From Muribaculaceae bacterium (lineage in GTDB: Bacteria > Bacteroidota > Bacteroidia > Bacteroidales > Muribaculaceae): DNA of 51,961 bases. The position numbers and the translations under genes are program-made. Within the stretch, counting starts at the first letter, position 1. Each line of letters begins with the position of its first letter. The DNA is taken from positions 1 through 51,961 of the forward strand of contig JAXJVW010000113.1 in NCBI GenBank assembly GCA_036308365.1, given 5' to 3'. Of the stretch, positions 1-10,364 are shown one piece after another. The notes beneath the pieces are model-generated. The model saw only the letters and a program-made list of their open reading frames with translations. It ran no database searches and was not told where the DNA came from.

Positions 1-1
1 A

Positions 2-2716
2 CATCAGCCCAACACCCCAGCCCGACGCAGAGCCTACAACTGCGACATCACCTTCGGAACCAACAACGAATTCGGCTTCGACTATCTGCGCGACAACATG
101 GCAATGTCACCGCAGGACATGGTTCAGCGCAAACACTACTACGCCATTGTAGACGAGGTCGACTCAGTGTTGATCGACGACGCCCGTACTCCTCTTATCA
201 TATCAGGTCCCGTGGAAAAAGGCGACGACCAGCTTTTCGACCAATATAAATTCAACGTGGAGAAAGTTGTCGAAGCCCAGCGCCGACTCGTGACAAAGAT
301 TCTGGCCGACGCCAAATCAAAACTGGCATCAGACAACAAGGATGATCAGAAAGAAGGAGCAATTCTGCTGTTCCGCGCCTACAAAGGTCTTCCCAAAAAC
401 TCAGCACTCATCAAACTGCTCAGCCAGGAAGGCATGAAAAAAGTGTTGCTCGACACCGAGAACCACTACATGCAGGACAACAGCCGCGAAATGCCGTTCA
501 TCACCGATCCGCTCTACTTCATCATCGACGAAAAGAACCGTTCAGTGGAACTCACCGACAAAGGTATCGACGAACTCACCGGCAAATCGGAAGACCCTAA
601 ATTCTTCGTTCTGCCTGACATCACTTCGGAACTGTCGGAAATAGAAACAATTGCCGATGTTGCCGAACGTCAGCAGCGCAAGGACGAGGCCATGCAGAAC
701 TACGCCATCAAGTCAGAACGCGTACACACCGTGACCCAGCTGCTCAAAGCCTACACCCTTTTTGAAAAGAACGTGGAATATGTCATCGACGACAACAAAA
801 TCAAAATCGTCGACGAGCAAACCGGCCGTATCATGGAAGGACGCCGCTACAGCGACGGTCTGCACCAGGCTATCGAAGCCAAGGAAGGAGTGAAAGTTGA
901 AGCCGCCACTCAAACGTTCGCGACAATCACCCTTCAGAACTACTTCCGCATGTATCACAAGCTCGCCGGTATGACCGGTACGGCCGAAACAGAAGCCGGA
1001 GAGTTCTGGGACATCTATAAACTCGACGTAGTGACCATCCCCACCAACCGTCCGATTGCACGTGTCGACATGAACGACCGCATCTACTGGACCAAACGTG
1101 AAAAATACAAGGCTGTCATCGAAGAGATCGAACGTCTCCATGAAATAGGCCGTCCGGTGCTCGTCGGAACAACCTCGGTCGAGATTTCAGAGCTTCTGAG
1201 CCGAATGCTCACCATGCGCCACATCAAACACAATGTGCTCAACGCCAAACTCCATCAGAAAGAGGCCGACATCGTGGCGCTCGCAGGTTTACCCGGAGCC
1301 GTGACCATAGCCACCAACATGGCCGGCCGTGGTACGGACATCAAACTTCCCGCCGAAGTCAAGGCCATGCAGGACGAAGAAATCGCCAAAGGTAAAAAAG
1401 TGGGCGGTTTGGCTATCATCGGCACCGAACGCCATGAATCACGCCGCGTCGACCGTCAGCTGCGAGGCCGTGCCGGACGTCAGGGCGACCCCGGTTCATC
1501 CGTGTTCTACGTGTCGTTCGAGGACCAGTTGATGCGTCTGTTCACCGCCGACAACGTGATGACAAAAATTCTAAAAAACTCTTTCTCCGAAGGTGAACGA
1601 ATCGAAAACTCAATGGTGACCAAAGCCATCGAGAACGCACAGAAACGAGTTGAAGAAAACAACTTCGGTATCCGTAAACGTCTGCTGGAATATGACGACG
1701 TGATGAACACCCAGCGCTCCTACATCTACTCGCTTCGCCACCACGCCCTGCAGGGTGAACGAATCGGGTTGGACATTGAACACATGCTTGAAGACGTGAT
1801 CGACAACCTGGTGCGCAACTACAGCCAGCCCGACGACTATCAGGATCTGTCGATGGAACTGATGAAGGTGCTGACTATCGAAGCCCCCTTCACCGAAAAA
1901 GAATTCGTCAAACTCTCAGCCAAAGAGAAAACCGAGCTCATTCGCAAAGCCGCCAAAGATGCCCGCGAACGTCAAACGGCACGCATCACCGAAGTGGCCA
2001 TGCCAATCATCAAGGACTGGGTTGAAAACCGCGGCGCAACAGGCAAAATCCGTGTGCCCATCACCGATGGCAAACGAATCTACGGAATCGTTCTCGACAT
2101 TGAGGAAGCATACAAAACAGAGTGCCGCTCAATAATCAAGGAATGGAGCAAATTAGTGATGCTCATCACCATCGACAAACTCTGGAAAGAACACCTCCGC
2201 GAACTCGACCAGCTGCGTCAGTCATCGCAGAATGCATCCTACGAGCAGAAAGACCCGCTGGTGATCTACAAAGTGGAGTCATTCAACATGTTCGAGAACA
2301 TGCTCAACGAGCTTAACGTGCAGACTCTGTCAAAGCTCATGCGTGGTCAAATCTACATTCAGCCCGCACCTCAACAGCCCGCACCCCGGCCCGAGGCGCC
2401 GGCAGAAGCGCCCGCACGTCAGGTGAACCCCGGAAACACATCAACCACAGCCGACCCGCGCCTGCGTCAGCACAACAAACCCGAGGTGCGGCTCCCCGAA
2501 GTGGAGAAAGCGGCTCCCGAACGCCCAACCGACTACTCACGCTACACAGCAGCGAAAGCCGGTGACCCCGCCGCAGCTCAACGTGCCGCAGCCTCACGAC
2601 AGCAGTCACCGTCGGCTCCCACCCCCGCCAAAGCCGGTCCGAGAATAGGCCGAAACGACCCCTGTCCATGCGGCAGTGGCAAAAAATACAAAAACTGCCA
2701 CGGCAAAGGAATGTGA
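2..2716 (+). CDS. secA: Preprotein translocase ATPase SecA, 5'-truncated by window edge
   Basis: The frame is open from nt 2, with ...[23 protein letters not shown] preceding the listed Met at 98. SecA motor motifs are present ([34 protein letters not shown]). The C-terminal zinc-binding tail is [14 protein letters not shown]. Confidence 0.97.
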   Translation, partial: HQPNTPARRRAYNCDITFGTNNEFGFDYLRDNMAMSPQDMVQRKHYYAIVDEVDSVLIDDARTPLIISGPVEKGDDQLFDQYKFNVEKVVEAQRRLVTKILADAKSKLASDNKDDQKEGAILLFRAYKGLPKNSALIKLLSQEGMKKVLLDTENHYMQDNSREMPFITDPLYFIIDEKNRSVELTDKGIDELTGKSEDPKFFVLPDITSELSEIETIADVAERQQRKDEAMQNYAIKSERVHTVTQLLKAYTLFEKNVEYVIDDNKIKIVDEQTGRIMEGRRYSDGLHQAIEAKEGVKVEAATQTFATITLQNYFRMYHKLAGMTGTAETEAGEFWDIYKLDVVTIPTNRPIARVDMNDRIYWTKREKYKAVIEEIERLHEIGRPVLVGTTSVEISELLSRMLTMRHIKHNVLNAKLHQKEADIVALAGLPGAVTIATNMAGRGTDIKLPAEVKAMQDEEIAKGKKVGGLAIIGTERHESRRVDRQLRGRAGRQGDPGSSVFYVSFEDQLMRLFTADNVMTKILKNSFSEGERIENSMVTKAIENAQKRVEENNFGIRKRLLEYDDVMNTQRSYIYSLRHHALQGERIGLDIEHMLEDVIDNLVRNYSQPDDYQDLSMELMKVLTIEAPFTEKEFVKLSAKEKTELIRKAAKDARERQTARITEVAMPIIKDWVENRGATGKIRVPITDGKRIYGIVLDIEEAYKTECRSIIKEWSKLVMLITIDKLWKEHLRELDQLRQSSQNASYEQKDPLVIYKVESFNMFENMLNELNVQTLSKLMRGQIYIQPAPQQPAPRPEAPAEAPARQVNPGNTSTTADPRLRQHNKPEVRLPEVEKAAPERPTDYSRYTAAKAGDPAAAQRAAASRQQSPSAPTPAKAGPRIGRNDPCPCGSGKKYKNCHGKGM

Positions 2717-2729
2717 CAAACCCAAGTCA

Positions 2730-2761
2730 TCTTAACCATTCCATCACAATGAAGGTTAAGA
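2730..2761 (+). terminator. Stem-loop just after the secA stop (tcttaacc / ggttaaga, 8 bp)
   Basis: Inverted repeat 2730-2737 / 2754-2761, read directly. There is no U-tract, so terminator function is only inferred. Confidence 0.35.
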
Positions 2762-2790
2762 GTGCTTTTAAATTTGACACATCAGGTTGA

Positions 2791-2826
2791 ATTTGAATCA
2801 TATATAAGATTTGAATCATATATAAG
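2791..2826. repeat. Perfect tandem direct repeat, 2 x 18 bp (atttgaatcatatataag)
   Basis: Copies at 2791-2808 and 2809-2826 are identical by direct reading. They lie in the secA/ABC-F spacer. Confidence 0.9.
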
Positions 2827-2910
2827 AGTGGACGGGGCCGACCCCGTTCACTCGTTATATGTAAATCAGCGGATCACGATGCCGCTGATTCAACAATAAA
2901 ACAGAACACA

Positions 2911-4878
2911 ATGGTATCGATAAACAATCTGTCGGTGGAATTTTCCGCCAAACCGCTGTTTGACAACATCAACTATGTCATCAACAAAAAGGACCGCATA
3001 GCCCTCGTGGGTAAAAACGGAGCCGGAAAATCCACCATGCTCAAAATCATAGCCGGACTGCAACAGCCAACGGGGGGCAACGTGGCCAAACCGATCGATG
3101 TGACAATCGGATACCTCCCTCAACAGATGGTGCTCAACGACACTACTACGGTTATCGAAGAAGTGTCGAAAGTTTTCTCGCACATCGACGACATGCAGCA
3201 ACATCTCGACAACCTGAACGCCGAGCTGGCCACCCGCACTGACTATGAATCAGAGGCCTACCAGGATTTGATTGACCGCATGACCACCCTGACCGAGCGG
3301 CTGGCGATGGAACAGAGCGACAACCGTCAGGCAGAGATGGAAAAAACACTCATCGGACTGGGTTTCGCTCGTAGCGACTTCAACCGCATGACCGGAGAAT
3401 TTTCCGGCGGATGGCGCATGCGCATCGAGTTAGCCAAAATATTGTTGCAACGACCCGACGTGCTTCTGCTCGACGAACCTACCAACCACCTTGACATTGA
3501 GTCGATCCAATGGCTCGAGAATTTCCTCGTCACCAAGGCCGCCGCCGTAGTGCTCGTGAGCCACGACCGGGCGTTCATCGACAATGTCACAAACCGCACA
3601 ATCGAAATTTCGCTCGGAAAAATCTATGACTACTCCGTCAACTACTCGAAATATGTTGAACTGCGCAAGGAACGTGTTGAGCAGCAGATGCGGGCCTACC
3701 TGAATCAACAGAAACAGATTCAGGAAACCGAGGAGTTCATTGAACGGTTCCGCTACAAAGCAACCAAATCGGTTCAGGTGCAGAGCCGAATCAAGCAACT
3801 CGCCAAGATTGAGCGCATTGAGGTCGACGAGGTCGACAACTCACACCTGTCACTGAAATTCCCCCCCGCACCTCGGTCGGGCGACTACCCCATCATAGCC
3901 GACGATCTGGGCAAAGCCTACGGCGACCACCAGGTGTTTGACCATGCAACATTCACAATCAAACGTGGCGAGAAAGTAGCTTTCGTGGGGAAAAACGGCG
4001 AGGGTAAGTCAACGTTGGTCAAATGCATAATGGGGGAAGTGCCGTTCACCGGAACCCTGAAAATCGGACATAACGTCAAAATAGGCTATTTCGCTCAGAA
4101 CCAGGCACAGCTGCTTGACGGCGAACTCACCGTTTTCGACACCATCGACCGGGTGGCCGTCGGTGACATACGAACAAAAATCCGCGACATACTCGGTGCG
4201 TTCATGTTCGGCGGCGAGGCCTCCGACAAAAAAGTCAAAGTGTTGTCAGGTGGCGAAAAAACACGTCTGGCCATGATCCGGCTCCTGCTCGAGGAGATGA
4301 ACCTCCTGATTCTCGACGAGCCCACCAACCATCTCGACATGAAAACAAAGGATATTCTCAAGCAGGCCATAAAAGAGTTCAACGGAACGGTGATTGTGGT
4401 CAGCCACGACCGTGAGTTTCTCGACGGTCTGGTGGAGAAGGTCTATGAATTCGGCGGTGGGCAAGTGCGCGAATGCCTCGGCGGAATCTATGAATTCCTG
4501 GAAAAGAAAAAACTCTCATCGCTAAACGAACTGGAACTCTCCAAGTCAGGCACACAGGGTGTGGCAAAGAACGAACCGACACCCGTGGCCGAGCCCGAGC
4601 CAAAGCCATCGGCCACCGGGGCGACAAAGCCTCAGCTCAGCTACGCCGAACAGCGCGAACAACAGAAAATGCTCAAGCGCGCACGCAAAAAAGTGGAAGA
4701 TGCCGAAGCTGAAATCGCACGTCTGGAAAGCGAGATAGCCAATGTGGAGCAACAGATGGCTGACGGCCGCACCGACAATGAGATAATCGAGACCCACACC
4801 TCTCTGAACAAAAAACTCGAAAACACCATGAGCATGTGGGAACTGGCCTCCGAAGAACTCGAGGACCTCTCCGTCTGA
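2911..4878 (+). CDS. ABC-F family ATPase (two NBDs, no TM domain; Uup/YheS-like with C-terminal coiled coil)
   Basis: Two Walker A motifs (GKNGAGKST, GKNGEGKST), two ABC signatures (FSGGWRMR, LSGGEKTR) and two Walker B motifs (LLLDEPTNHLD, LILDEPTNHLD). The inter-domain linker is about 80 aa. The C-terminal extension is charged and coiled-coil. Confidence 0.93.
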   Translation: MVSINNLSVEFSAKPLFDNINYVINKKDRIALVGKNGAGKSTMLKIIAGLQQPTGGNVAKPIDVTIGYLPQQMVLNDTTTVIEEVSKVFSHIDDMQQHLDNLNAELATRTDYESEAYQDLIDRMTTLTERLAMEQSDNRQAEMEKTLIGLGFARSDFNRMTGEFSGGWRMRIELAKILLQRPDVLLLDEPTNHLDIESIQWLENFLVTKAAAVVLVSHDRAFIDNVTNRTIEISLGKIYDYSVNYSKYVELRKERVEQQMRAYLNQQKQIQETEEFIERFRYKATKSVQVQSRIKQLAKIERIEVDEVDNSHLSLKFPPAPRSGDYPIIADDLGKAYGDHQVFDHATFTIKRGEKVAFVGKNGEGKSTLVKCIMGEVPFTGTLKIGHNVKIGYFAQNQAQLLDGELTVFDTIDRVAVGDIRTKIRDILGAFMFGGEASDKKVKVLSGGEKTRLAMIRLLLEEMNLLILDEPTNHLDMKTKDILKQAIKEFNGTVIVVSHDREFLDGLVEKVYEFGGGQVRECLGGIYEFLEKKKLSSLNELELSKSGTQGVAKNEPTPVAEPEPKPSATGATKPQLSYAEQREQQKMLKRARKKVEDAEAEIARLESEIANVEQQMADGRTDNEIIETHTSLNKKLENTMSMWELASEELEDLSV

Positions 4879-4920
4879 CACTTTTACTCATAATTCCACG
4901 ACAATAATTCAACATCACAA

Positions 4921-6012
4921 ATGAGTGCAAAAAAAAACGCCGACACCAAAAAAACGGCAAGCAAACCCAAACATAAGAAATCATCCAAGCCCTCAAAAAC
5001 CCGATTTGGCCTAACCTTCGCCTATGCGTCGGCATTGCTGGCCGTCATACTGGTGATAGGTGGATGGATCACCTTCAACTACGCCACCAAATCTTACTCC
5101 GGTGATGAAAAATGGCTCTACATCCCACGTTATTCCGAGAAGACAGCCATCCGTGACTCCCTGACAGCTTTTGATCCGGAGTTCGGCAACCGGGTGTACA
5201 AAATCTGGGATATCATCTCCAGCGACCACCACAGAGCAAGTGGCGCCTACAAAATAACCAACGGCACAACCGCACTGGCTCTCGCACGCCGCATCCGAAC
5301 CGGATCTCAGACCCCCGTCAAAGTCACATTCCACAACATCCGAACCATGGATCAGCTCGCCGAAAAAGTGACAGCGAATCTAAACATCAGCGAACGTGAT
5401 TTCCTCGACGCCTGCGACACAATTCTCTCTCTCAAAGGATTCAAAAAAAATGAATATCCGGCCGCCTTCATTCCTGACACTTATGAGTTCTACTGGGACG
5501 TCCTGCCATACCCCGTGATCAGAAAACTATTCAAAGAACATGAGAAATTCTGGACCGACGACCGCAAGGCTAAAGCCGAGGCTTTAGGACTGACGCCCGT
5601 TGAGGTTGCAACCATAGCATCCATCGTGGAGGAAGAAACATCGAAAGCCGACGAACGCCCGTTAGTAGCCCGGCTCTACATGAACCGTCTGAAAAAGAAC
5701 ATGCCGCTGCAAGCCGACCCCACCGTGAAATTCGCTTTGGGCGACTTCAACCTGCGCAGAATCTACAAGCAGCACTTAGGAGTCAGATCGCCCTACAACA
5801 CCTATGTGAACAAAGGTCTGCCCCCCGGACCCATCCGCGTCGTGACCCGCAACACCATCGACGACGTGCTCAACGCCCCCGAGCACAACTACCTCTACAT
5901 GTGTGCCAAAGAGGATTTCTCAGGCTATCATAACTTCGCCACCGACTTCGCCTCCCATCAGGCCAACGCCCGCCGCTATCAGGCCGCACTGAACAAACGG
6001 GGCATCCTATAA
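4921..6012 (+). CDS. mltG: Endolytic murein transglycosylase MltG (YceG-like)
   Basis: Lys-rich N-terminus followed by a single TM helix. The YceG-type C-terminal region includes [15 protein letters not shown] and [16 protein letters not shown]. Confidence 0.88.
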   Translation: MSAKKNADTKKTASKPKHKKSSKPSKTRFGLTFAYASALLAVILVIGGWITFNYATKSYSGDEKWLYIPRYSEKTAIRDSLTAFDPEFGNRVYKIWDIISSDHHRASGAYKITNGTTALALARRIRTGSQTPVKVTFHNIRTMDQLAEKVTANLNISERDFLDACDTILSLKGFKKNEYPAAFIPDTYEFYWDVLPYPVIRKLFKEHEKFWTDDRKAKAEALGLTPVEVATIASIVEEETSKADERPLVARLYMNRLKKNMPLQADPTVKFALGDFNLRRIYKQHLGVRSPYNTYVNKGLPPGPIRVVTRNTIDDVLNAPEHNYLYMCAKEDFSGYHNFATDFASHQANARRYQAALNKRGIL

Positions 6013-6069
6013 TCGTTTTGGCCCCATATATTCCACAGCCGAGACGTTGCAAGTCTGCATATTTTTTTG

Positions 6070-6077
6070 TATATTTG
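6070..6077 (+). promoter_or_regulatory. Bacteroidota -7 promoter box TAnnTTTG (tatatttg), 4 nt before the uvrA ATG
   Basis: Exact match to the TAnnTTTG consensus. The spacing implies a leaderless or near-leaderless uvrA mRNA. Confidence 0.5.
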
Positions 6078-6081
6078 TAAT

Positions 6082-8874
6082 ATGAAAAAAGATGTGATCA
6101 GCATTAAAGGAGCACGCGTCAACAATCTGAAAAACGTTGACGTGGAACTCCCGCGTAATAAATTCATTGTCATAACCGGTTTATCAGGATCAGGAAAATC
6201 ATCCCTCGCTTTCGACACCATCTATGCCGAAGGACAACGCCGCTATGTTGAAAGCCTGTCGGCCTATGCACGGCAGTTTTTAGGGAAGATGGCCAAGCCC
6301 GAGGTCGACTACATCAAAGGACTTCCTCCGGCCATCGCCATTGAGCAGAAAGTCAACACACGCAACCCAAGAAGCACCGTCGGAACATCAACCGAGATAT
6401 ATGACTATCTGCGACTGTTCATGGCGCGGATTGGCAAAACCATCTCTCCCGTCAGCGGTGAAGTGGTCAAGAAACATGAAATTGAAGATGTGGTCAACAA
6501 AGCCCTGACCTATGCCGACGGAACACGTATAGCCATCGCCTCACCCATCACCCTCCCTGAAGGAAGGGATTTCGCAACACAACTCGACGTCTATCTCAAA
6601 GCCGGATACTCACGCATGGTGACTCCATCGGGCGAGTTTATCCCAATCGAGGAGTTGGCAGGCAACAAAAGAATCAAACCGCAGGACTATCTGCTGCTCA
6701 TTGACCGTCTGTCGGTGCGACATGAGGGCGATGAAGTGAGCCGCATGCGCGAATCTATCGAAACGGCATTCTTCGAGGGGGCCGACTCGTTGAGGCTTTT
6801 CGTGTATGATGGCGACAAAGTTTCCACTTTTGACTTTTCACGCAAATTCGAAGCCGACGGAATCACTTTCATCGAGCCGTCTGATCTTTTGTTCAACTTC
6901 AACAACCCCTACGGAGCCTGTCCCAAATGCGAAGGATTCGGCAAATGCCTCGGAATTGACGAACGCCTGGTGATTCCCAACCCCACACTGAGTGTCTTTG
7001 AAGATGCCGTGGCTTGCTGGAAAGGGGAGAAAATGGGTGAATGGAAAAACGCCCTGATACAGCGGGCCAAGGAATTCAAATTCCCCATACACCGCCCCTA
7101 CTGCGACCTTTCCGAAGCGGAGAAAAACCTGCTGTGGAACGGTAAAGGGAGCTTCACCGGCATCAACGGATTCTTCAAGATGGTCGAGGAGAACCTCTAC
7201 AAAGTGCAATACCGTGTTCTTCAGTCGCGCTACCGGGGTAAGACCCTCTGTCCGGAATGCCATGGCACACGTCTGCGCAAGGAAGCGCTCTATGTCAAAG
7301 TCAACGGTATGACCATAGCCGATCTTGTCAAAATGCCTGTCACTGAACTGATTGAATGGTTCGACAACCTCACCCTGACGGAGCAGGAACAGATGATAGG
7401 CAAACGCATACTGGCCGAAATCCGCAACAGACTCCATTTTTTAGCCGACGTCGGACTGGGCTACCTGACACTCGACCGCTTGAGTTCATCGCTTTCCGGC
7501 GGTGAAAGCCAACGAATCAACCTGGCAACCTCGCTCGGAAGCAGCCTCGTCGGCTCAATCTACATCCTTGACGAACCGAGCATCGGTCTGCATCCGCGCG
7601 ACACTCTGCGCCTGATCAACGTGCTCCGCAAGCTGCAACAAGTGGGCAACACCGTGGTCGTAGTGGAGCATGACGAAGAAATAATGCGTGCCGCCGACTA
7701 CATCATCGACGTTGGGCCCGACGCAGGCCGTCACGGCGGTCAGATAGTCTATCAAGGATCGGTCAACGATCTTCTGTCATCGTCAAACCCGGGCTACACC
7801 GCACGCTATCTCTCAGGCCAGCTGTCGATTCCTGTGCCACGCAACCGCCGCAAATGGAAAGACTGCATTGAAATCGTCGGCGCGCGTGAAAACAACCTCA
7901 AGGACATCGACGTCAAATTCCCGCTCGGGGTAATGACCGTGGTGACCGGCGTGAGCGGTTCAGGTAAATCGACCCTGGTACGCGACATCCTCTACAAAGC
8001 CCTGTTACGCCACTTTGAGGTGGCCACCGACGCACCCGGAGCATTCAAGCAGATGAAAGGAGACCTTTCAAGAATAAAGTGGGTGGAATTCGTCGACCAG
8101 AACCCCATAGGGAAATCGTCGCGCAGCAATCCCGCCACATACCTGAAAGCCTACGATGAGATAAGGGCGCTGTTCGCATCACAGCAAAGCGCCCGCCAGA
8201 TGGGATTCACCCCGGCGTTCTTCTCATTCAACACCGACGGCGGACGCTGCGACGAATGTAAAGGTGAAGGCACCATCACCGTCGAAATGCAGTTCATGGC
8301 CGACATTACCATTCCCTGCGAGGCTTGCGGCGGCAAACGGTTCAAACGCGACATCCTCGAGGTGGAGTACCGTGGCAAAAACATCAGCGACATCCTCGAC
8401 ATGACCGTCAACGAAGCCATCGACTTTTTCAGTGAGTCAGAGGGCAACACGGAAAAGAAAATAGTGCGGCGTCTGACTCCGCTACGCGACGTCGGGCTGG
8501 GCTACATCAAATTAGGTCAGAGCTCATCGACATTGTCGGGCGGTGAAAACCAGCGCGTGAAATTAGCCTACTTCCTGTCGATGGAAAACTCCAACCCCAC
8601 CCTGTTCATTTTCGACGAACCCACCACGGGGCTCCACATCCACGACATAAACCAGCTGCTCGACTCATTCCGTCGACTGATAGCCGCCGGCCACACCGTG
8701 CTCATCATCGAACATAATCCCGAAGTGATGAAAACCGCCGACCACATCATTGACATGGGTCCGGAAGGGGGCGACAAGGGGGGCTACATAGTGGCTACCG
8801 GAACTCCCGAGGAAATCGTGGCCGACAAAAACAGCTACACCGGACGATTCATTCATCTGGATTCCGACAAATAA
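6082..8874 (+). CDS. uvrA: Excinuclease ABC subunit A (UvrA)
   Basis: N-terminus is [55 protein letters not shown]. Cys-rich zinc modules and a second ATPase ([12 protein letters not shown]) are present. The ATG at 6082 is preferred over the TTG at 6067 used by the ORF track. Confidence 0.97.
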   Translation: MKKDVISIKGARVNNLKNVDVELPRNKFIVITGLSGSGKSSLAFDTIYAEGQRRYVESLSAYARQFLGKMAKPEVDYIKGLPPAIAIEQKVNTRNPRSTVGTSTEIYDYLRLFMARIGKTISPVSGEVVKKHEIEDVVNKALTYADGTRIAIASPITLPEGRDFATQLDVYLKAGYSRMVTPSGEFIPIEELAGNKRIKPQDYLLLIDRLSVRHEGDEVSRMRESIETAFFEGADSLRLFVYDGDKVSTFDFSRKFEADGITFIEPSDLLFNFNNPYGACPKCEGFGKCLGIDERLVIPNPTLSVFEDAVACWKGEKMGEWKNALIQRAKEFKFPIHRPYCDLSEAEKNLLWNGKGSFTGINGFFKMVEENLYKVQYRVLQSRYRGKTLCPECHGTRLRKEALYVKVNGMTIADLVKMPVTELIEWFDNLTLTEQEQMIGKRILAEIRNRLHFLADVGLGYLTLDRLSSSLSGGESQRINLATSLGSSLVGSIYILDEPSIGLHPRDTLRLINVLRKLQQVGNTVVVVEHDEEIMRAADYIIDVGPDAGRHGGQIVYQGSVNDLLSSSNPGYTARYLSGQLSIPVPRNRRKWKDCIEIVGARENNLKDIDVKFPLGVMTVVTGVSGSGKSTLVRDILYKALLRHFEVATDAPGAFKQMKGDLSRIKWVEFVDQNPIGKSSRSNPATYLKAYDEIRALFASQQSARQMGFTPAFFSFNTDGGRCDECKGEGTITVEMQFMADITIPCEACGGKRFKRDILEVEYRGKNISDILDMTVNEAIDFFSESEGNTEKKIVRRLTPLRDVGLGYIKLGQSSSTLSGGENQRVKLAYFLSMENSNPTLFIFDEPTTGLHIHDINQLLDSFRRLIAAGHTVLIIEHNPEVMKTADHIIDMGPEGGDKGGYIVATGTPEEIVADKNSYTGRFIHLDSDK

Positions 8875-8984
8875 ACCAACCGCCGGAAAAAACTTTCCAC
8901 ATAAACCAACCGCCCTGAGTCTCATGTTGAAAATGGACCCGGGGCGGTTAAGCATTATCATATCACACTGATCGACGGTGACGG

Positions 8985-10253
8985 TCAGTTCTGATAGTAC
9001 ATCGGAACACACCTCAACAGGTAGTCCCTGGCCTCCTGCCACTTGATGAACTGCGCCGGATTATTCGGAATGAGGCTCACGGGGCGCTCATTCAGATAGC
9101 AACCGAGATAGTAGCGTCCGGAATCGCTCTTGAAAAGAACCATCTGCAGATTGGCCGCCATGGGAACCACATGGAAATCACGCCAATGCAACGCCACGGT
9201 GTCGAAATAATTTGTCATGTAGTAGCACCCGGGCAGATGCATCAGTGACACCAGCGGCATCAGCGTTTCAGCATGTCCGAATCTGAGGTTGACACTGAAC
9301 TTGTTTGTTCCGGCAATGAAGCCGTCGGTTGTTGAAATGAGATCAAGAATCAGCGGCGAGGCTATGTCGGCGGGAACGGTGGAGATTGTGGAGGCTGTGC
9401 GCTGCAGATACTGACGGAGGTTGAAAGCCGACCAAAGAGCGTTATATTCCTCCGTGGTGAAGAACACCGAAGCATCAACATCCATCATCATGGCCGACAA
9501 TCCGGCAATCACATAGTACTCCACCAGCGCCATCTCCTTGGCCTCCTTCATGCTTTCAGGGAGCGGATAAGCATTGCCGAGCACACGCTTCAACGCCGTC
9601 AACGGCACCACATGCTCCATATAATTATTGTAAGGAACCTCCCAACGTCCACCCGAGCGGAAGTCAATGTAGTCCTGATCAACATCAAACGGACGCATCA
9701 AAGCCGAGTTCTGTCGGCCGGTACCGGTGAAAATCTCAACCTTGTTGTTGAGCCGGTCGAGCTGGTGAACGAAACTGAACATGCTCATCATGCACCTGGG
9801 TGAATATGACGAAATGGCGTTGACCCTTCCGTTCTGGAACAGCATGGGAAAATTCAGGAACATGCGCGATGCGATGCCGCGTTGCTCCGCCATTCCCAGC
9901 GAATCGAGCGCACCCCACTGGTTGCGGCTACGTTCCATAACCTGGTCGACAATCGCCATCAGTTGCCGACCCTGACGTGTTATCGTTCCTAAGGAGTCAG
10001 CCTTGGCAAGCATCTTTTTCATAGCCACAGTGTGAGTGGCCGAAGCGGGATAACGTGCGCCATGGCGTCCCACATGGTTCATGTAGACAGGTGTCAGCGA
10101 ATCAGGATACTCTATTCCGGATTCCGGATTAGGATAAGGGGTCAGCGAACCCTCGCACTCGACAGCCGAGTAACGTGTCGCCGTAGGATCGGCGGCGAAC
10201 ACCACGCTGAATGCCATCCAGCACAATGACGCCAGTGTTATAATTCGTTTCAT
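8985..10253 (-). CDS. Secreted histidine phosphatase, branch 2 (Minpp/phytase-like)
   Basis: RHGxRxP motif (GRHGARYP) and an HAE proton-donor tripeptide (FGHAETLMP). A signal peptide begins at MKRIITLASLCWMAFSVVFA (ATG 10253). The 89 aa upstream in the ORF track look non-coding. Confidence 0.8.
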   Translation of the reverse strand: MKRIITLASLCWMAFSVVFAADPTATRYSAVECEGSLTPYPNPESGIEYPDSLTPVYMNHVGRHGARYPASATHTVAMKKMLAKADSLGTITRQGRQLMAIVDQVMERSRNQWGALDSLGMAEQRGIASRMFLNFPMLFQNGRVNAISSYSPRCMMSMFSFVHQLDRLNNKVEIFTGTGRQNSALMRPFDVDQDYIDFRSGGRWEVPYNNYMEHVVPLTALKRVLGNAYPLPESMKEAKEMALVEYYVIAGLSAMMMDVDASVFFTTEEYNALWSAFNLRQYLQRTASTISTVPADIASPLILDLISTTDGFIAGTNKFSVNLRFGHAETLMPLVSLMHLPGCYYMTNYFDTVALHWRDFHVVPMAANLQMVLFKSDSGRYYLGCYLNERPVSLIPNNPAQFIKWQEARDYLLRCVPMYYQN

Positions 10254-10351
10254 TATTGAATGATGTTGTTTAGAATAGTTTATTCGTAACGGGTTAACTT
10301 GCCTGAGCAAGTTAGTCAATTGAAATTCCACCAAAGTTAGGGATTTTTTGT

Positions 10352-10359
10352 TAATTTTG
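10352..10359 (+). promoter_or_regulatory. -7 promoter box (taattttg), 5 nt before the ATG at 10365
   Basis: Exact TAnnTTTG match, with TTTG motifs upstream. Confidence 0.45.
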
Positions 10360-10364
10360 CACCC

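Noticed and set aside
2337-2669. 110-aa minus-strand ORF antisense to the secA 3' region. Many other antisense ORFs of 60-200 aa are listed in the track.
   Set aside because: All lie opposite strongly supported genes, have biased Arg/Gly/Ser-rich composition, and lack promoter boxes and recognisable motifs.
2911-4878. Calling the ABC-F protein an antibiotic-resistance (ARE) determinant
   Set aside because: The inter-NBD linker is of ordinary length, and the C-terminal coiled-coil extension resembles housekeeping Uup/YheS-type ABC-Fs. The structured leader alone is not sufficient evidence.
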